From contig CAUZDS010000011.1 of NCBI GenBank assembly GCA_963578725.1, forward strand, positions 32,304-96,303: a stretch of DNA of 64,000 bases, written 5' to 3'. This document shows positions 20,471 through 28,946 of the stretch, in pieces. This DNA is from Vicinamibacteria bacterium (GTDB taxonomy: Bacteria; Acidobacteriota; Vicinamibacteria; Vicinamibacterales; UBA8438). Position numbers and translations under genes: made by a program. Each line of letters opens with the position of its first letter. Position 1 is the first letter of the stretch. The notes below the pieces were generated by a model. It saw nothing but the letters and a program-made list of their open reading frames with translations. It was not told the origin of the DNA and made no database searches.

Positions 20471-21328
20471 CTACTCCGGCACGTACTTACCGATAATCGG
20501 CGCCAGATCGCGCTTCACGTCCGGTGGAATCAGATCCGGCTGCGTAATGATAGCCGAGCCGAGCGCCGCACCGCACCCGCATCCGCGGGCGACCGGCAGC
20601 CGGGCGACGGCGTCGGCCACAACCGCTTGCGCCGTCACGGCGTTCTGACTCAGAGTGGCGATAATCATATCTACGGTCACGTCGTCGTGTCCCTCGTGCC
20701 AGCAATCGTAGTCGGTCACCAGCGCCAGCGTCGCATAGCAGATCTCGGCTTCCCGGGCGAGCTTCGCCTCCTGTAGATTCGTCATCCCGATAACGTCCAT
20801 CCCCCAGGAGCGATACAGCCGCGACTCGGCCAGCGTCGAGAACTGCGGCCCTTCCATGCACACGTATGTCCCACCGCGATGGACGCTGGCCCCGGTGGCG
20901 GTAGCCGAATCGAAGACGATGTCGCTGAGCACGGGACAGAACGGCTGGGCGAACCCGACGTGGGCCACAATACCACCGCCGAAGAACGTGCTGAGCCGCC
21001 CACGGGTACGATCCAGGAACTGGTCCGGAATGACTATGTCGAGCGGGCGATACACTTCCTGGAGACTCCCGACGGCACTGGCGGACAGGATCCAGTCGAC
21101 GCCGAGCGTCTTAAACCCGAAGATATTGGCGCGGAAATTGAGCTCCGACGGCATCAGCCTATGGCCCTTCCCGTGCCGGGCCAGAAACGCCACACGCCGG
21201 TCGTTGAGCGTGCCTACGATGTAGGGAGCGGAGGGATCTCCGAACGGCGTGGTTACACGGACCTCCTCGCGGTCCGTCAACGCGTCCATCTTGTACAGGC
21301 CGCTGCCGCCGATCACCCCGATCTGCAT
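20471..21328 (-). CDS. mtnP: S-methyl-5'-thioadenosine phosphorylase
   Basis: MQIGVIGGSGLY...FLARHGKGH...VGSL...YVCMEGPQFST..ES..YR.WG.DVIGMT motifs. ATG at 21328. Confidence 0.9.
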   Translation of the reverse strand: MQIGVIGGSGLYKMDALTDREEVRVTTPFGDPSAPYIVGTLNDRRVAFLARHGKGHRLMPSELNFRANIFGFKTLGVDWILSASAVGSLQEVYRPLDIVIPDQFLDRTRGRLSTFFGGGIVAHVGFAQPFCPVLSDIVFDSATATGASVHRGGTYVCMEGPQFSTLAESRLYRSWGMDVIGMTNLQEAKLAREAEICYATLALVTDYDCWHEGHDDVTVDMIIATLSQNAVTAQAVVADAVARLPVARGCGCGAALGSAIITQPDLIPPDVKRDLAPIIGKYVPE

Positions 21329-21351
21329 TGCTGTCTGCTCGTTGCCCACCA

Positions 21352-21786
21352 CTACAGTCCTTCCTCGCCTTTCGATTCGCCGACTCCGGGATCTTCCTTG
21401 AGCTCCACCAGAACGCCGTGCACGGCGGTCGGATGGATGAACGCCACCAGGCTCCCACAAGCGCCCGGACGGGGCTTCTCGTCGATCAGTCTGATGCCGC
21501 GAGCCTTGAGCCTCGCGAGGACGGCCGCAATGTCGTCGACCCGGAGCGTGAGATGGTGCAGTCCAGGACCGCGCCGCCCGATCGAGCGCGCGATCGCCGA
21601 CTGCTCCGAGGTGGCTTCGAGCAACTCAAGTGCAGCTCCACCGACCGGCACGAGCTGCGCGCGCACGTGCTGCGACGGCACCTCCTCAACGCCCTGGATC
21701 TCCAACCCCAAGGCATCCCGGTAAAACGCCACCGCCTCATCCAGATCGCGGACCGCGATGCCGACGTGATCGAGAACCACCTTCAT
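21352..21786 (-). CDS. mce: Methylmalonyl-CoA epimerase (VOC/glyoxalase fold)
   Basis: LDHVGIAVRDLDEAVAFYRDALGL...GPGLHHLTLRVDDI...AFIHP. Sits next to meaB. Confidence 0.8.
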   Translation of the reverse strand: MKVVLDHVGIAVRDLDEAVAFYRDALGLEIQGVEEVPSQHVRAQLVPVGGAALELLEATSEQSAIARSIGRRGPGLHHLTLRVDDIAAVLARLKARGIRLIDEKPRPGACGSLVAFIHPTAVHGVLVELKEDPGVGESKGEEGL

Positions 21787-21831
21787 CGCATGGCGCTCCC
21801 TGTGCTTAAACAGATTCATCCGCCCGGCACG

Positions 21832-22884
21832 CTACCCCCCGTTCGAGGTACGGGTTCTTCGTGGCACTCCGGCTGCCTGACGGCCATCCACGGGACGTTC
21901 GAGCGGCTCACCTGGCTTGCGGGCGCTGCGTACGCCACCCAGGACGCGCTCGAGGATCTCGTCAGCGGCCGTATACGGGTCAACTTCGGCCGCGGTCACC
22001 CGGTCAACCCACCAGTTAAAGACACCCGGCTCGAGCTCGTGATACTCGGTGTGCTCGAGGAAGCGGTCCGACATCAGCTGCCGGACCCGGGCGCGGAAAC
22101 GCGCCCGGCGTCGTTGCCCGAGCACCGCACCGCCACGCGCGCGAAACCGATCCACCGCGTCCAGGAGCTCATCGACCCCGATGCCGTCCGTCGCGCGAGT
22201 CTGCAGCACCGGTGGCCGCCAATCATCTGGGCCATACTCCTTCAGACTCAGCATCGCCTCTATCGTGGCCACCGCGTGATCCGCACCATCGTGGTCTGCC
22301 TTGTTCACGACGAACAGATCGGCGATCTCCAGGATGCCAGCCTTCAGCGCTTGCACGCTGTCACCGGACCCGGGCATGGTCACGACGATCGACATATCCG
22401 CCGTGCGGGATATCTCGATCTCCGCCTGACCGACACCGACCGTCTCTATGACGATCACCTCGAACCCACCGGCATCCAGGATCACTACCGCATCATCGGT
22501 CGCGCGCGCTAGACCGCCGAGTTGCCCGCGCGTCGCCATGCTTCGCACGAACACACCGGGGTCGCCTACATGCCGCTGCATCCGCACCCGATCGCCCAGC
22601 ACGGCGCCACCGCTGAACGGGCTGGTCGGGTCCACGGCCAGCACACCAACCGTGCGGTCGCGGGAACGCAGCGCCGCCGTTATCCGATCGACGAGAGTAC
22701 TCTTCCCCACACCCGGGGCCCCGGTCACTCCGATCACATACGCCCGTCCGCTGCGAGGATAGACCGCCTTGATGATCGCCGCCGCCGACCTGCCCTTGGC
22801 CTCGACCATCGTGATCGCCCGAGCGATCGCCCGACAATCGGCGGTGAGCACCGCCCCGGCCAGCCGGTCGGCGTCGGCATTCAT
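21832..22884 (-). CDS. meaB: Methylmalonyl-CoA mutase-associated GTPase MeaB/ArgK
   Basis: RAIARAITMVE, P-loop GVTGAPGVGKSTLVD, VVNKADH. Confidence 0.85.
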   Translation of the reverse strand: MNADADRLAGAVLTADCRAIARAITMVEAKGRSAAAIIKAVYPRSGRAYVIGVTGAPGVGKSTLVDRITAALRSRDRTVGVLAVDPTSPFSGGAVLGDRVRMQRHVGDPGVFVRSMATRGQLGGLARATDDAVVILDAGGFEVIVIETVGVGQAEIEISRTADMSIVVTMPGSGDSVQALKAGILEIADLFVVNKADHDGADHAVATIEAMLSLKEYGPDDWRPPVLQTRATDGIGVDELLDAVDRFRARGGAVLGQRRRARFRARVRQLMSDRFLEHTEYHELEPGVFNWWVDRVTAAEVDPYTAADEILERVLGGVRSARKPGEPLERPVDGRQAAGVPRRTRTSNGG

Positions 22885-23162
22885 GCGCCTAGGACCAAAT
22901 GCTGTCTTGCGGTGCCAATCCGGTCGGCGTCGAGTACGGGCACCACCTCCACGAATCCTTCGCTGATCGTCATGGCGGCGCCACCAAGGCAGTCAGGAAA
23001 CTGAGCGCCCATCGGCCCGAGGTTGACGAGCCTGGGCGGCGATTCGATCGGCATGCACTGGGCCAGATCCCACTCCGTAGCACGGGGCGCCGTGGCGGCT
23101 TTAGCGAACTCTCGAACAGTGTGGCGGGGGCGGCGCTGCTCGTCGGTGGACCGCGGGTCCAT
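22881..23162 (-). pseudogene. Truncated acyl-CoA dehydrogenase N-terminal remnant (93-codon ORF)
   Basis: TDEQRRPRHTVREFAKAATAPRATEWD...MPIE...LVNLGPMGAQFPDCLGG mirrors the ACAD N-terminal pattern (TEEQ..VR.FA..EIAP.A.EWD..FP.E..LGLLG...PEEYGG) with degenerate substitutions. It stops after 93 codons with an ATGA overlap onto the meaB start. Confidence 0.45.
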
Positions 23163-23253
23163 CGGGTGCGGTCACTCTATCACACCGCCAAACCGGCGTA
23201 CTCCTGCCAGACGTGGCGCCGAGACGACTCTGATACCATGCCGGAACCAACCA

Positions 23254-23766
23254 ATGATGGATGGTCAGATCACCGCAACGCGCATGCGCCTATTCCTCAT
23301 CACCCTGGCCCTACTTGTTGTGATGCTGTGTGCCGCGGCGCCCGCTGACGCGGACCTGACCGCCTTCGTGGGCACGAACGCCACCCCGTCGAACCGCCAA
23401 GTCCGTGGCTTCGGTGTGGGGCTCTCGTTGATCGTCGTGGGCTTCGAGTTCGAGTTTTCCGACACGGCGGTAGATCAGGCAGCTGGCGCGCCTGGGCTCC
23501 GGACCGGCATGTTTAATCTCCTAGTCCAGACGCCGTTCGGGATCTCGGGGCTGCAGTTCTACGGAACCGTCGGTGGGGGGCTGTACCAGGAGACCGGGAG
23601 CGGTCTCGAGGCGACCAGCGGAGGCGTCAATACTGGTGCCGGCGTCAAGATCGCGGTCGCTGGACCGATCCGTCTGCGACTGGACTACCGCGTCTTCACG
23701 CTCCGTGGTTCACCCCAGCACGACACGCACCAGCGGCTCTACGCGGGACTCAACCTCGGGTTCTAG
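23254..23766 (+). CDS. Small outer-membrane beta-barrel protein (OMP_b-brl-like)
   Basis: Signal peptide MRLFLITLALLVVMLCAAAPADA, alternating beta-strand pattern, C-terminal YAGLNLGF. Alternative ATG at 23284. Confidence 0.6.
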   Translation: MMDGQITATRMRLFLITLALLVVMLCAAAPADADLTAFVGTNATPSNRQVRGFGVGLSLIVVGFEFEFSDTAVDQAAGAPGLRTGMFNLLVQTPFGISGLQFYGTVGGGLYQETGSGLEATSGGVNTGAGVKIAVAGPIRLRLDYRVFTLRGSPQHDTHQRLYAGLNLGF

Positions 23767-23901
23767 TGAGGCTCTGCGCGGAGTCTTCCCAGCCCGGGGA
23801 CGCCGCAGCAGGGGCTGGAGCGACGCGCTCATCCCACACGCCGTGACGCCAACCCCGGCCCCAGAAGGCAGATACCGACAGGTCGTGCTAAAGCAGCCTG
23901 G

Positions 23902-24408
23902 CTAGAATTCCATCACGAGGTTCATGTTGATCGTCTGCTGCCCGCCACCTTCCATCGATGCGACCAGGGCGTCATAGAGATCCTGCACCTCGGACGGCAT
24001 CTCGTCGTTGAGCACATTTGCGACAGCGTAGTTGGCTCCCGACACGACGGGGTCGACGACCCACAAATAGAGCACCGTGTTGTTCTGACCCGGCTCAGCG
24101 GCGCGGAAGACCTTCAGGCCCGCACCCATCTGATTGTATTGAGCGTTGTCACTCCCAACGAGCGCCTCACCGTAAGTCCGCATGACGCGCTCGAAATCGG
24201 CCGTGGCCCCCGGCGCCACGTAGTTCATCAGCAGGCCGGACCCACCACTGAAATTCAGCACCGGTTGCGCCGCCGCTTCGGACCGCGGCGCAAACGAGCT
24301 CCCTAACAGCACGCCGATGGCGAGTGCCGCCACCACCGCCGTGCCCATCCAGACCCGGCTCTTCCGAGACTGCTTACTCAGCATCGTCCGCATGTACTCC
24401 TCCTTCAT
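23902..24408 (-). CDS. Secreted hypothetical protein, paralogue 1
   Basis: N-terminal TM/signal segment WMGTAVVAALAIGVLLG. About 35 percent identical by eye to the next gene upstream. Confidence 0.6.
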   Translation of the reverse strand: MKEEYMRTMLSKQSRKSRVWMGTAVVAALAIGVLLGSSFAPRSEAAAQPVLNFSGGSGLLMNYVAPGATADFERVMRTYGEALVGSDNAQYNQMGAGLKVFRAAEPGQNNTVLYLWVVDPVVSGANYAVANVLNDEMPSEVQDLYDALVASMEGGGQQTINMNLVMEF

Positions 24409-24508
24409 GCCAGTGTGGCCTGCCCAAAGGGGGCCACTCTACCGTACCAAGCCGCTGAGCCAAACGATTCCGTGCGCCCGATGTCTGGACGCCGCTCCTG
24501 GCGGCCGC

Positions 24509-25003
24509 TCACAACCCGCTGACGGGGATGAGGTTCAAGAGCATCTGACCGTCCGCGAACGCCCCGGCGTAGGTCTCGTACAGCGTCTGCACCTCCGTCG
24601 GGAATGCCTCGTTCAAGATCTGGGGCACCCAGTAGTCCGCCCCAGTCACGACCGGCTCGAGGACTGAAACATACAACACTACGTCACCGGGAAGCGGCTC
24701 CGCGGCTTTGTAGATCTTCCACCCGACCGCCTGCCGCCGCCGGTCCGCCGCCGCGCTGCTGGTGAGCGCCACTCCCACCCGCGTCATGGCACCCTCGAAC
24801 GCGTCGGTTTGACCTGCCTTGACGTAGTCGAGCAGCATCCCGGTCTCGGCGCTGAAGACCCGCGGCGTCTGGGTCACGGTTGCACTGCGCGTCATCCCCC
24901 GCACCGCGCCGCTCCCACCCCAGACCACACCAATCCCGAACGCCGCCGCGACCAGCACCGCCGCGCGCACACGGTCCCCGCGCCTTCGACCGGTTATCCA
25001 CAT
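24509..25003 (-). CDS. Secreted hypothetical protein, paralogue 2
   Basis: Signal-like AAVLVAAAFGIGVVWG. Shares G.L..YV..G....FE..M...G.AL...K...AAEP...VLY..V..PVV.GA.Y.V...LN...P.EVQ.LY with paralogue 1. ATG at 25003 is preferred over 25126. Confidence 0.6.
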   Translation of the reverse strand: MWITGRRRGDRVRAAVLVAAAFGIGVVWGGSGAVRGMTRSATVTQTPRVFSAETGMLLDYVKAGQTDAFEGAMTRVGVALTSSAAADRRRQAVGWKIYKAAEPLPGDVVLYVSVLEPVVTGADYWVPQILNEAFPTEVQTLYETYAGAFADGQMLLNLIPVSGL

Positions 25004-25129
25004 GCCGTCGATACCGCGCCTCCCTGCCGCACCGGGCGCAGTGGACGGCTCAGCCCTTCCTCCATCGCCCGGGCTTCGGCGGGTCCGCCGAGCCCCAGGC
25101 AGGAGTGGACCGCCCTCGGTGGCCATCCC

Positions 25130-26281
25130 CTAGACGAACACACGCATCACCTCGTTGGCAAGCAGCATCCCGTTCCGTGTCAGGCGCAGCCGATTGCGGT
25201 CACGGGCGAGGACCCCAGCCTCGACGAAGGGGACCAGCTCCTTCCCCCAGCGCGCCCAGACATCGACCGCGTAGCGTTGCGCGACCGCCGTCACGTCCAC
25301 GCCCTCCGATAGGCGCAGACCCAGAAACAACCTATCGGTCAAACGCTCCTCAGCTGACATGGTCCGCTGGCTAGCCAACGGGCTCACCCCGCCGCTCAGA
25401 CGGTTGATGTAGGTGCCGATCTCGGTCACGTTGTGCCACCGCCGCCCCTCGCATGTCGAGTGCGCGCCGCACCCGAACCCCAGCCATGCGCCATCGGACC
25501 AGTACTTCAAGTTATGTCGGGACATCCGACCGGGCCGGGCCACATTCGAGATCTCGTACTGACGATACCCCGCCGCGTCGAGTTGGTCGAGCCCGACGTG
25601 ATACATCTCGGCCGCGACCTCGTCCGGCGCCTGCGACCAGCCTCCCCTCGCCATCTCCTCACGCAGTGGCGCATTGGGATACAACTCGAGCAGGTAAAGC
25701 GACGCGTGGTCTGGACCAAGGCCGACCAGCGTTTCAACCGATTCGATCCAGTGTGACACCGTCTGCTCCGGCAGCCAGGCCATGAGATCCAGACTGACGT
25801 CGTCGAATCCCACGGCCCGGGCCAGATCGAACGCCTCGATCGCACGGTCTGCCGTGTGGCGCCGTCCGAGCCGCCCCAGTTCCTCGTCCCGGAACGACTG
25901 CACGCCCATACTGAGGCGCGTCACACCGGCCGCCAGATACCCCTCAAGCCGGTCACGCGACGCGGTTTCCGGGTTCATTTCAAGCGTGATCTCCGCATCG
26001 GGATCGAGGTCGAAGGTCGACCGGCACCGTGCGATCAGCCCGAACACCTCGGCCGGCGCAAGCACCGACGGCGTGCCGCCGCCGAAGAACACCGAGTCGA
26101 CCCGGCCCCCGTCGAGGGAGCTCTCGATTTCCCGGCTCAACGCTTCGAGATAACGGCGCTTCAGTCCGACGTCGAGCAGTCCCCGGTTGAAATTGCAGTA
26201 GTTGCAGATCGCTTCGCAGAATGGGATGTGGAGATACAGCCCAAGCGGTGACGCACCCGTTCCGTCGAGCCGTCCAACCAT
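25130..26281 (-). CDS. hemW: Radical SAM heme chaperone HemW (HemN-like, oxygen-independent coproporphyrinogen oxidase family)
   Basis: LYLHIPFCEAICNYCNF (CxxxCxxC), GGGTPS. ATG at 26281 shares one base with the upstream TAA (TAATG). Confidence 0.85.
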   Translation of the reverse strand: MVGRLDGTGASPLGLYLHIPFCEAICNYCNFNRGLLDVGLKRRYLEALSREIESSLDGGRVDSVFFGGGTPSVLAPAEVFGLIARCRSTFDLDPDAEITLEMNPETASRDRLEGYLAAGVTRLSMGVQSFRDEELGRLGRRHTADRAIEAFDLARAVGFDDVSLDLMAWLPEQTVSHWIESVETLVGLGPDHASLYLLELYPNAPLREEMARGGWSQAPDEVAAEMYHVGLDQLDAAGYRQYEISNVARPGRMSRHNLKYWSDGAWLGFGCGAHSTCEGRRWHNVTEIGTYINRLSGGVSPLASQRTMSAEERLTDRLFLGLRLSEGVDVTAVAQRYAVDVWARWGKELVPFVEAGVLARDRNRLRLTRNGMLLANEVMRVFV

Positions 26282-27114
26282 TAGCCGCCCGCTTTGCCGC
26301 CGGTCCAACCGAGCTCGGTCCGGCCCGACTTCAGCTGTGCCCGGGCCCGCGCCGATGTCCGCGCCGGCAGCTTGCGCCTCGGCTGGGTCTTCCACTTGCG
26401 ATACAGATCGTCGCTGCTCGGAGTGAACTCGAAGTCCCGATAGTCGGGTCCGCCGTACTCGAGGAACTCGCACATCTCGCGCAGGCGGGAATGCATGCGA
26501 AAACCGACGCGAACCAACAACGAATCCAGAACCTCCGGGTCGGGGATGTCCTCGTAGTTCGAGGTAAAAATGGTTGCCCGGCGGTCGTTGTAGCGGGTGT
26601 TGACGATGAGATTCATCGTCTCTTCCACCCAGTCGGTCAGCCGCTCCGCGCCGAGATCGTCCAGCACCAGCAACTCCGCTTCCATAACCGGGCGGAGTAT
26701 GTCGACCTCCGACGTTCGGGTCACCGGATTGTAGGTGCTGCGAATGGTGCTGAGCAGACTACGCGTGTCGTAGTACAGACCGCGCACGCCTTTCTCGAGC
26801 ACGACTTGTCGAAGGACCGAGACAGCGATATGAGTCTTGCCGATGCCGGGTGGGCCGATCAGCAGCAGCCCTTTGTCGACCACCGGAAATGCCTCGACGA
26901 ACCGACGCGCCCGGTCGACCGCCCGCAACAATCGTTCGTTCTCATAGGTGACGAACGTTTCGAGCTCGCAGGCTCGATACCGCGGTGGGATCTGCGCAGT
27001 GGCCAGCATCGTCCGCGCCACGCCCCGACGCCAGCACTCACAGCGTACGACTCGGGACACGCCGTCCTCTGGAACCATACGCCAGCCGGTATCGTTACAA
27101 TGCGAACAGGACAT
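26281..27114 (-). CDS. DnaC/DnaI/IstB-like AAA+ ATPase with N-terminal Cys4 ribbon
   Basis: C3-x2-C6...C25-x-C27, Walker A GPPGIGKTH, Walker B LLVLDDLG, IFTSN sensor. Confidence 0.75.
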   Translation of the reverse strand: MSCSHCNDTGWRMVPEDGVSRVVRCECWRRGVARTMLATAQIPPRYRACELETFVTYENERLLRAVDRARRFVEAFPVVDKGLLLIGPPGIGKTHIAVSVLRQVVLEKGVRGLYYDTRSLLSTIRSTYNPVTRTSEVDILRPVMEAELLVLDDLGAERLTDWVEETMNLIVNTRYNDRRATIFTSNYEDIPDPEVLDSLLVRVGFRMHSRLREMCEFLEYGGPDYRDFEFTPSSDDLYRKWKTQPRRKLPARTSARARAQLKSGRTELGWTGGKAGG

Positions 27115-27155
27115 GATGAGGCCAACGCCTGAGACGGGACACCGGCTGTCGAGCG

Positions 27156-27734
27156 TCAGCGCGTCGCTGACGGAGGCCGCGCAGCCGCCGACACCCTACT
27201 GCCTTCTGCCTGGCGCCTGTTGACGTCTCCGCCCACCCTGGAGGCGCGAGCCCGGTCGCCAGGCGGTTCGGTGCCGTCGGCCGGCTGGCGCTGGTCGGCG
27301 CGCACCAGGTCGGTCGGCAATGATCTTACCAGGGCTGTGCCCAGCCGCTGCTCCCAATCGCCGAGACCACGCGCGAGTTCCTGCTTGACGTAGGTCATGA
27401 ACTCGTTAACCTCTGCCTGCATTCGGTCCATCTTGCGGCGCATGTTCAGGATGATCTCGACCCCAGCCAGATTCACCCCCAGGTCACGGGTCAGCGCCAG
27501 GATGGTCTCCAGTTGCTCAAGATCAGCGTCAGAGTACACCCTGGTGTTGCCCTCAGTCCGCGACGGCTTGAGCAACCCCTCTCGTTCGTAGAGGCGCAGC
27601 GTCTGCGGATGGATGTCGTACCGCTGGGCCACCGCGCTGATCATGAAGTACCCGTGCCCGGTTCCTTTGCCTGGCATCTGCCGCTCGCTTTCTCGTTGCG
27701 CCTCAGGAACAATGTCTGGCAGCCCGTCTTGCAC
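27156..27734 (-). CDS. hspR: MerR-family heat-shock regulator HspR
   Basis: YFMISAVAQRYDIHPQTLRLYEREGLLKPSRTEGNTRVYSDADL. Sits downstream of dnaK-dnaJ. The start may be the ATG at 27677. Confidence 0.8.
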   Translation of the reverse strand: MQDGLPDIVPEAQRESERQMPGKGTGHGYFMISAVAQRYDIHPQTLRLYEREGLLKPSRTEGNTRVYSDADLEQLETILALTRDLGVNLAGVEIILNMRRKMDRMQAEVNEFMTYVKQELARGLGDWEQRLGTALVRSLPTDLVRADQRQPADGTEPPGDRARASRVGGDVNRRQAEGSRVSAAARPPSATR

Positions 27735-27788
27735 GTCCTCTGGCGCACCACGCGGGGACCGGTCACTTTCACCTCGCGTGACGTCGGA

Positions 27789-28880
27789 TCATCGTACCAG
27801 CCCCGCTCGCACGTCCTCGGTGTGGATCCGCCCCAGCTCCCGCATCAGCTCCTTCGAGCGCTCATCGAGCAGGCGCGGGAGCACGACCCGCACGTCGACC
27901 ACCAGATCCCCGGCTTCTCCGGTTTGTGGCGACGGCGCCCCTCGACCGCGCACCCGGAACCGCTGACCGGACTGGGTGCCCGGCGGAATCCGAACCCGGG
28001 CCGGCGTACTGATGGTCGGCACGTCCACACGCGCGCCGAGCGCCGCCTCGTGTACCGCAACCGGCAGGACGAGATGCAAGTCGTCTCCGTCCCGCCGGAA
28101 AAGCTGATGCCGGTCGACGCTCACCGTGACGTAGAGATCTCCCGCCGTGCCGCTCCGTTGCCCGACGCTACCAGAACAGACCAGCCTGATCCGAGCGCCG
28201 TCGGCGACCCCGGCTGGCACGCTCACGGCAACGGCATCGGTGCGCGAGACAACGCCCTGGGCGCCACAGGCCCCACAGGCACGCAGACGACGGTGACCGG
28301 TGCCGCCGCACTGTCCGCACTGGCGCGAAAACACCATATGGCCTCGGGTCCACCGCATGTGACCGGTGCCTGCGCAGCCGGCACAGCGGCTCTCAACCAC
28401 CCGTCTAGTGCCGGACCCAAGACAGGCGTCACATCGAGCGACGCGCGTCACGGTAACCTCGTGCGTCCCCCCACGCATTGCATCCTCGAAGTCGAGCCGC
28501 AGCGGGGCGTGTAGATCTACACCCTGGCTGCTCGTGTCCGGTGGACGACCCGCGCCCCACGCGGTAAACACATCAGCGAACAGATCACCGAAGGTAGACG
28601 CCGACTCCCCCGTCGAGGGCAGGGAGAAGTCGAACCCCTCGAACTCGACGCCGACCCCGCCCGACCGCGGATAGACGTGGCCATGCTCGTCGTACTCCCG
28701 CCGACGCTCCGGGTCGATCAGCGTGTCGTAGGCCTCGGCGACCCGGCGGAAGAACGCCGCCGCCTCCCGGTCGCCAGGATTGATGTCCGGGTGATACCGG
28801 CGCGCCAGCCGGCGGTAGGCCCGCTTCACATCCCCAGCCGACGCGGTTCGCTCGACGCCGAGAATGATGTAGAAGTCCAT
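27789..28880 (-). CDS. dnaJ: Chaperone DnaJ (type I, J domain plus CxxCxGxG zinc-finger repeats)
   Basis: MDFYIILGV...YRRLARRYHPDINPGD, and four repeats: CDACLGSG, CAGCAGTG, CGQCGGTG, CGACGAQG. Confidence 0.85.
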   Translation of the reverse strand: MDFYIILGVERTASAGDVKRAYRRLARRYHPDINPGDREAAAFFRRVAEAYDTLIDPERRREYDEHGHVYPRSGGVGVEFEGFDFSLPSTGESASTFGDLFADVFTAWGAGRPPDTSSQGVDLHAPLRLDFEDAMRGGTHEVTVTRVARCDACLGSGTRRVVESRCAGCAGTGHMRWTRGHMVFSRQCGQCGGTGHRRLRACGACGAQGVVSRTDAVAVSVPAGVADGARIRLVCSGSVGQRSGTAGDLYVTVSVDRHQLFRRDGDDLHLVLPVAVHEAALGARVDVPTISTPARVRIPPGTQSGQRFRVRGRGAPSPQTGEAGDLVVDVRVVLPRLLDERSKELMRELGRIHTEDVRAGLVR

Positions 28881-28931
28881 GATCACAGTGGAGCTAATCG
28901 AAGATCACAGTGGAGCTAATCGAAAATCGAA
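28881..28931. repeat. Perfect 22-bp tandem direct repeat (2 full copies plus a 7-nt partial) abutting the dnaJ ATG
   Basis: GATCACAGTGGAGCTAATCGAA occurs at 28881..28902 and again at 28903..28924, followed by AATCGAA at 28925..28931. Confidence 0.9.
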
Positions 28932-28946
28932 AGCCTCCTCGCCAGG

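Noticed and set aside
21328-22512. 394-aa plus-strand ORF
   Set aside because: It runs antisense across mce and meaB, both with clear motifs. This is a shadow ORF.
26281-27114. IstB-like ATPase as evidence of an IS21-family mobile element
   Set aside because: There is no istA transposase, no terminal inverted repeats and no target duplication. The gene is translationally coupled to hemW within a housekeeping operon.
28881-28924. Tandem 22-bp repeats as a CRISPR array or minisatellite
   Set aside because: The two units are directly adjacent with no spacers, and there are no cas genes. It is treated as a local tandem duplication.
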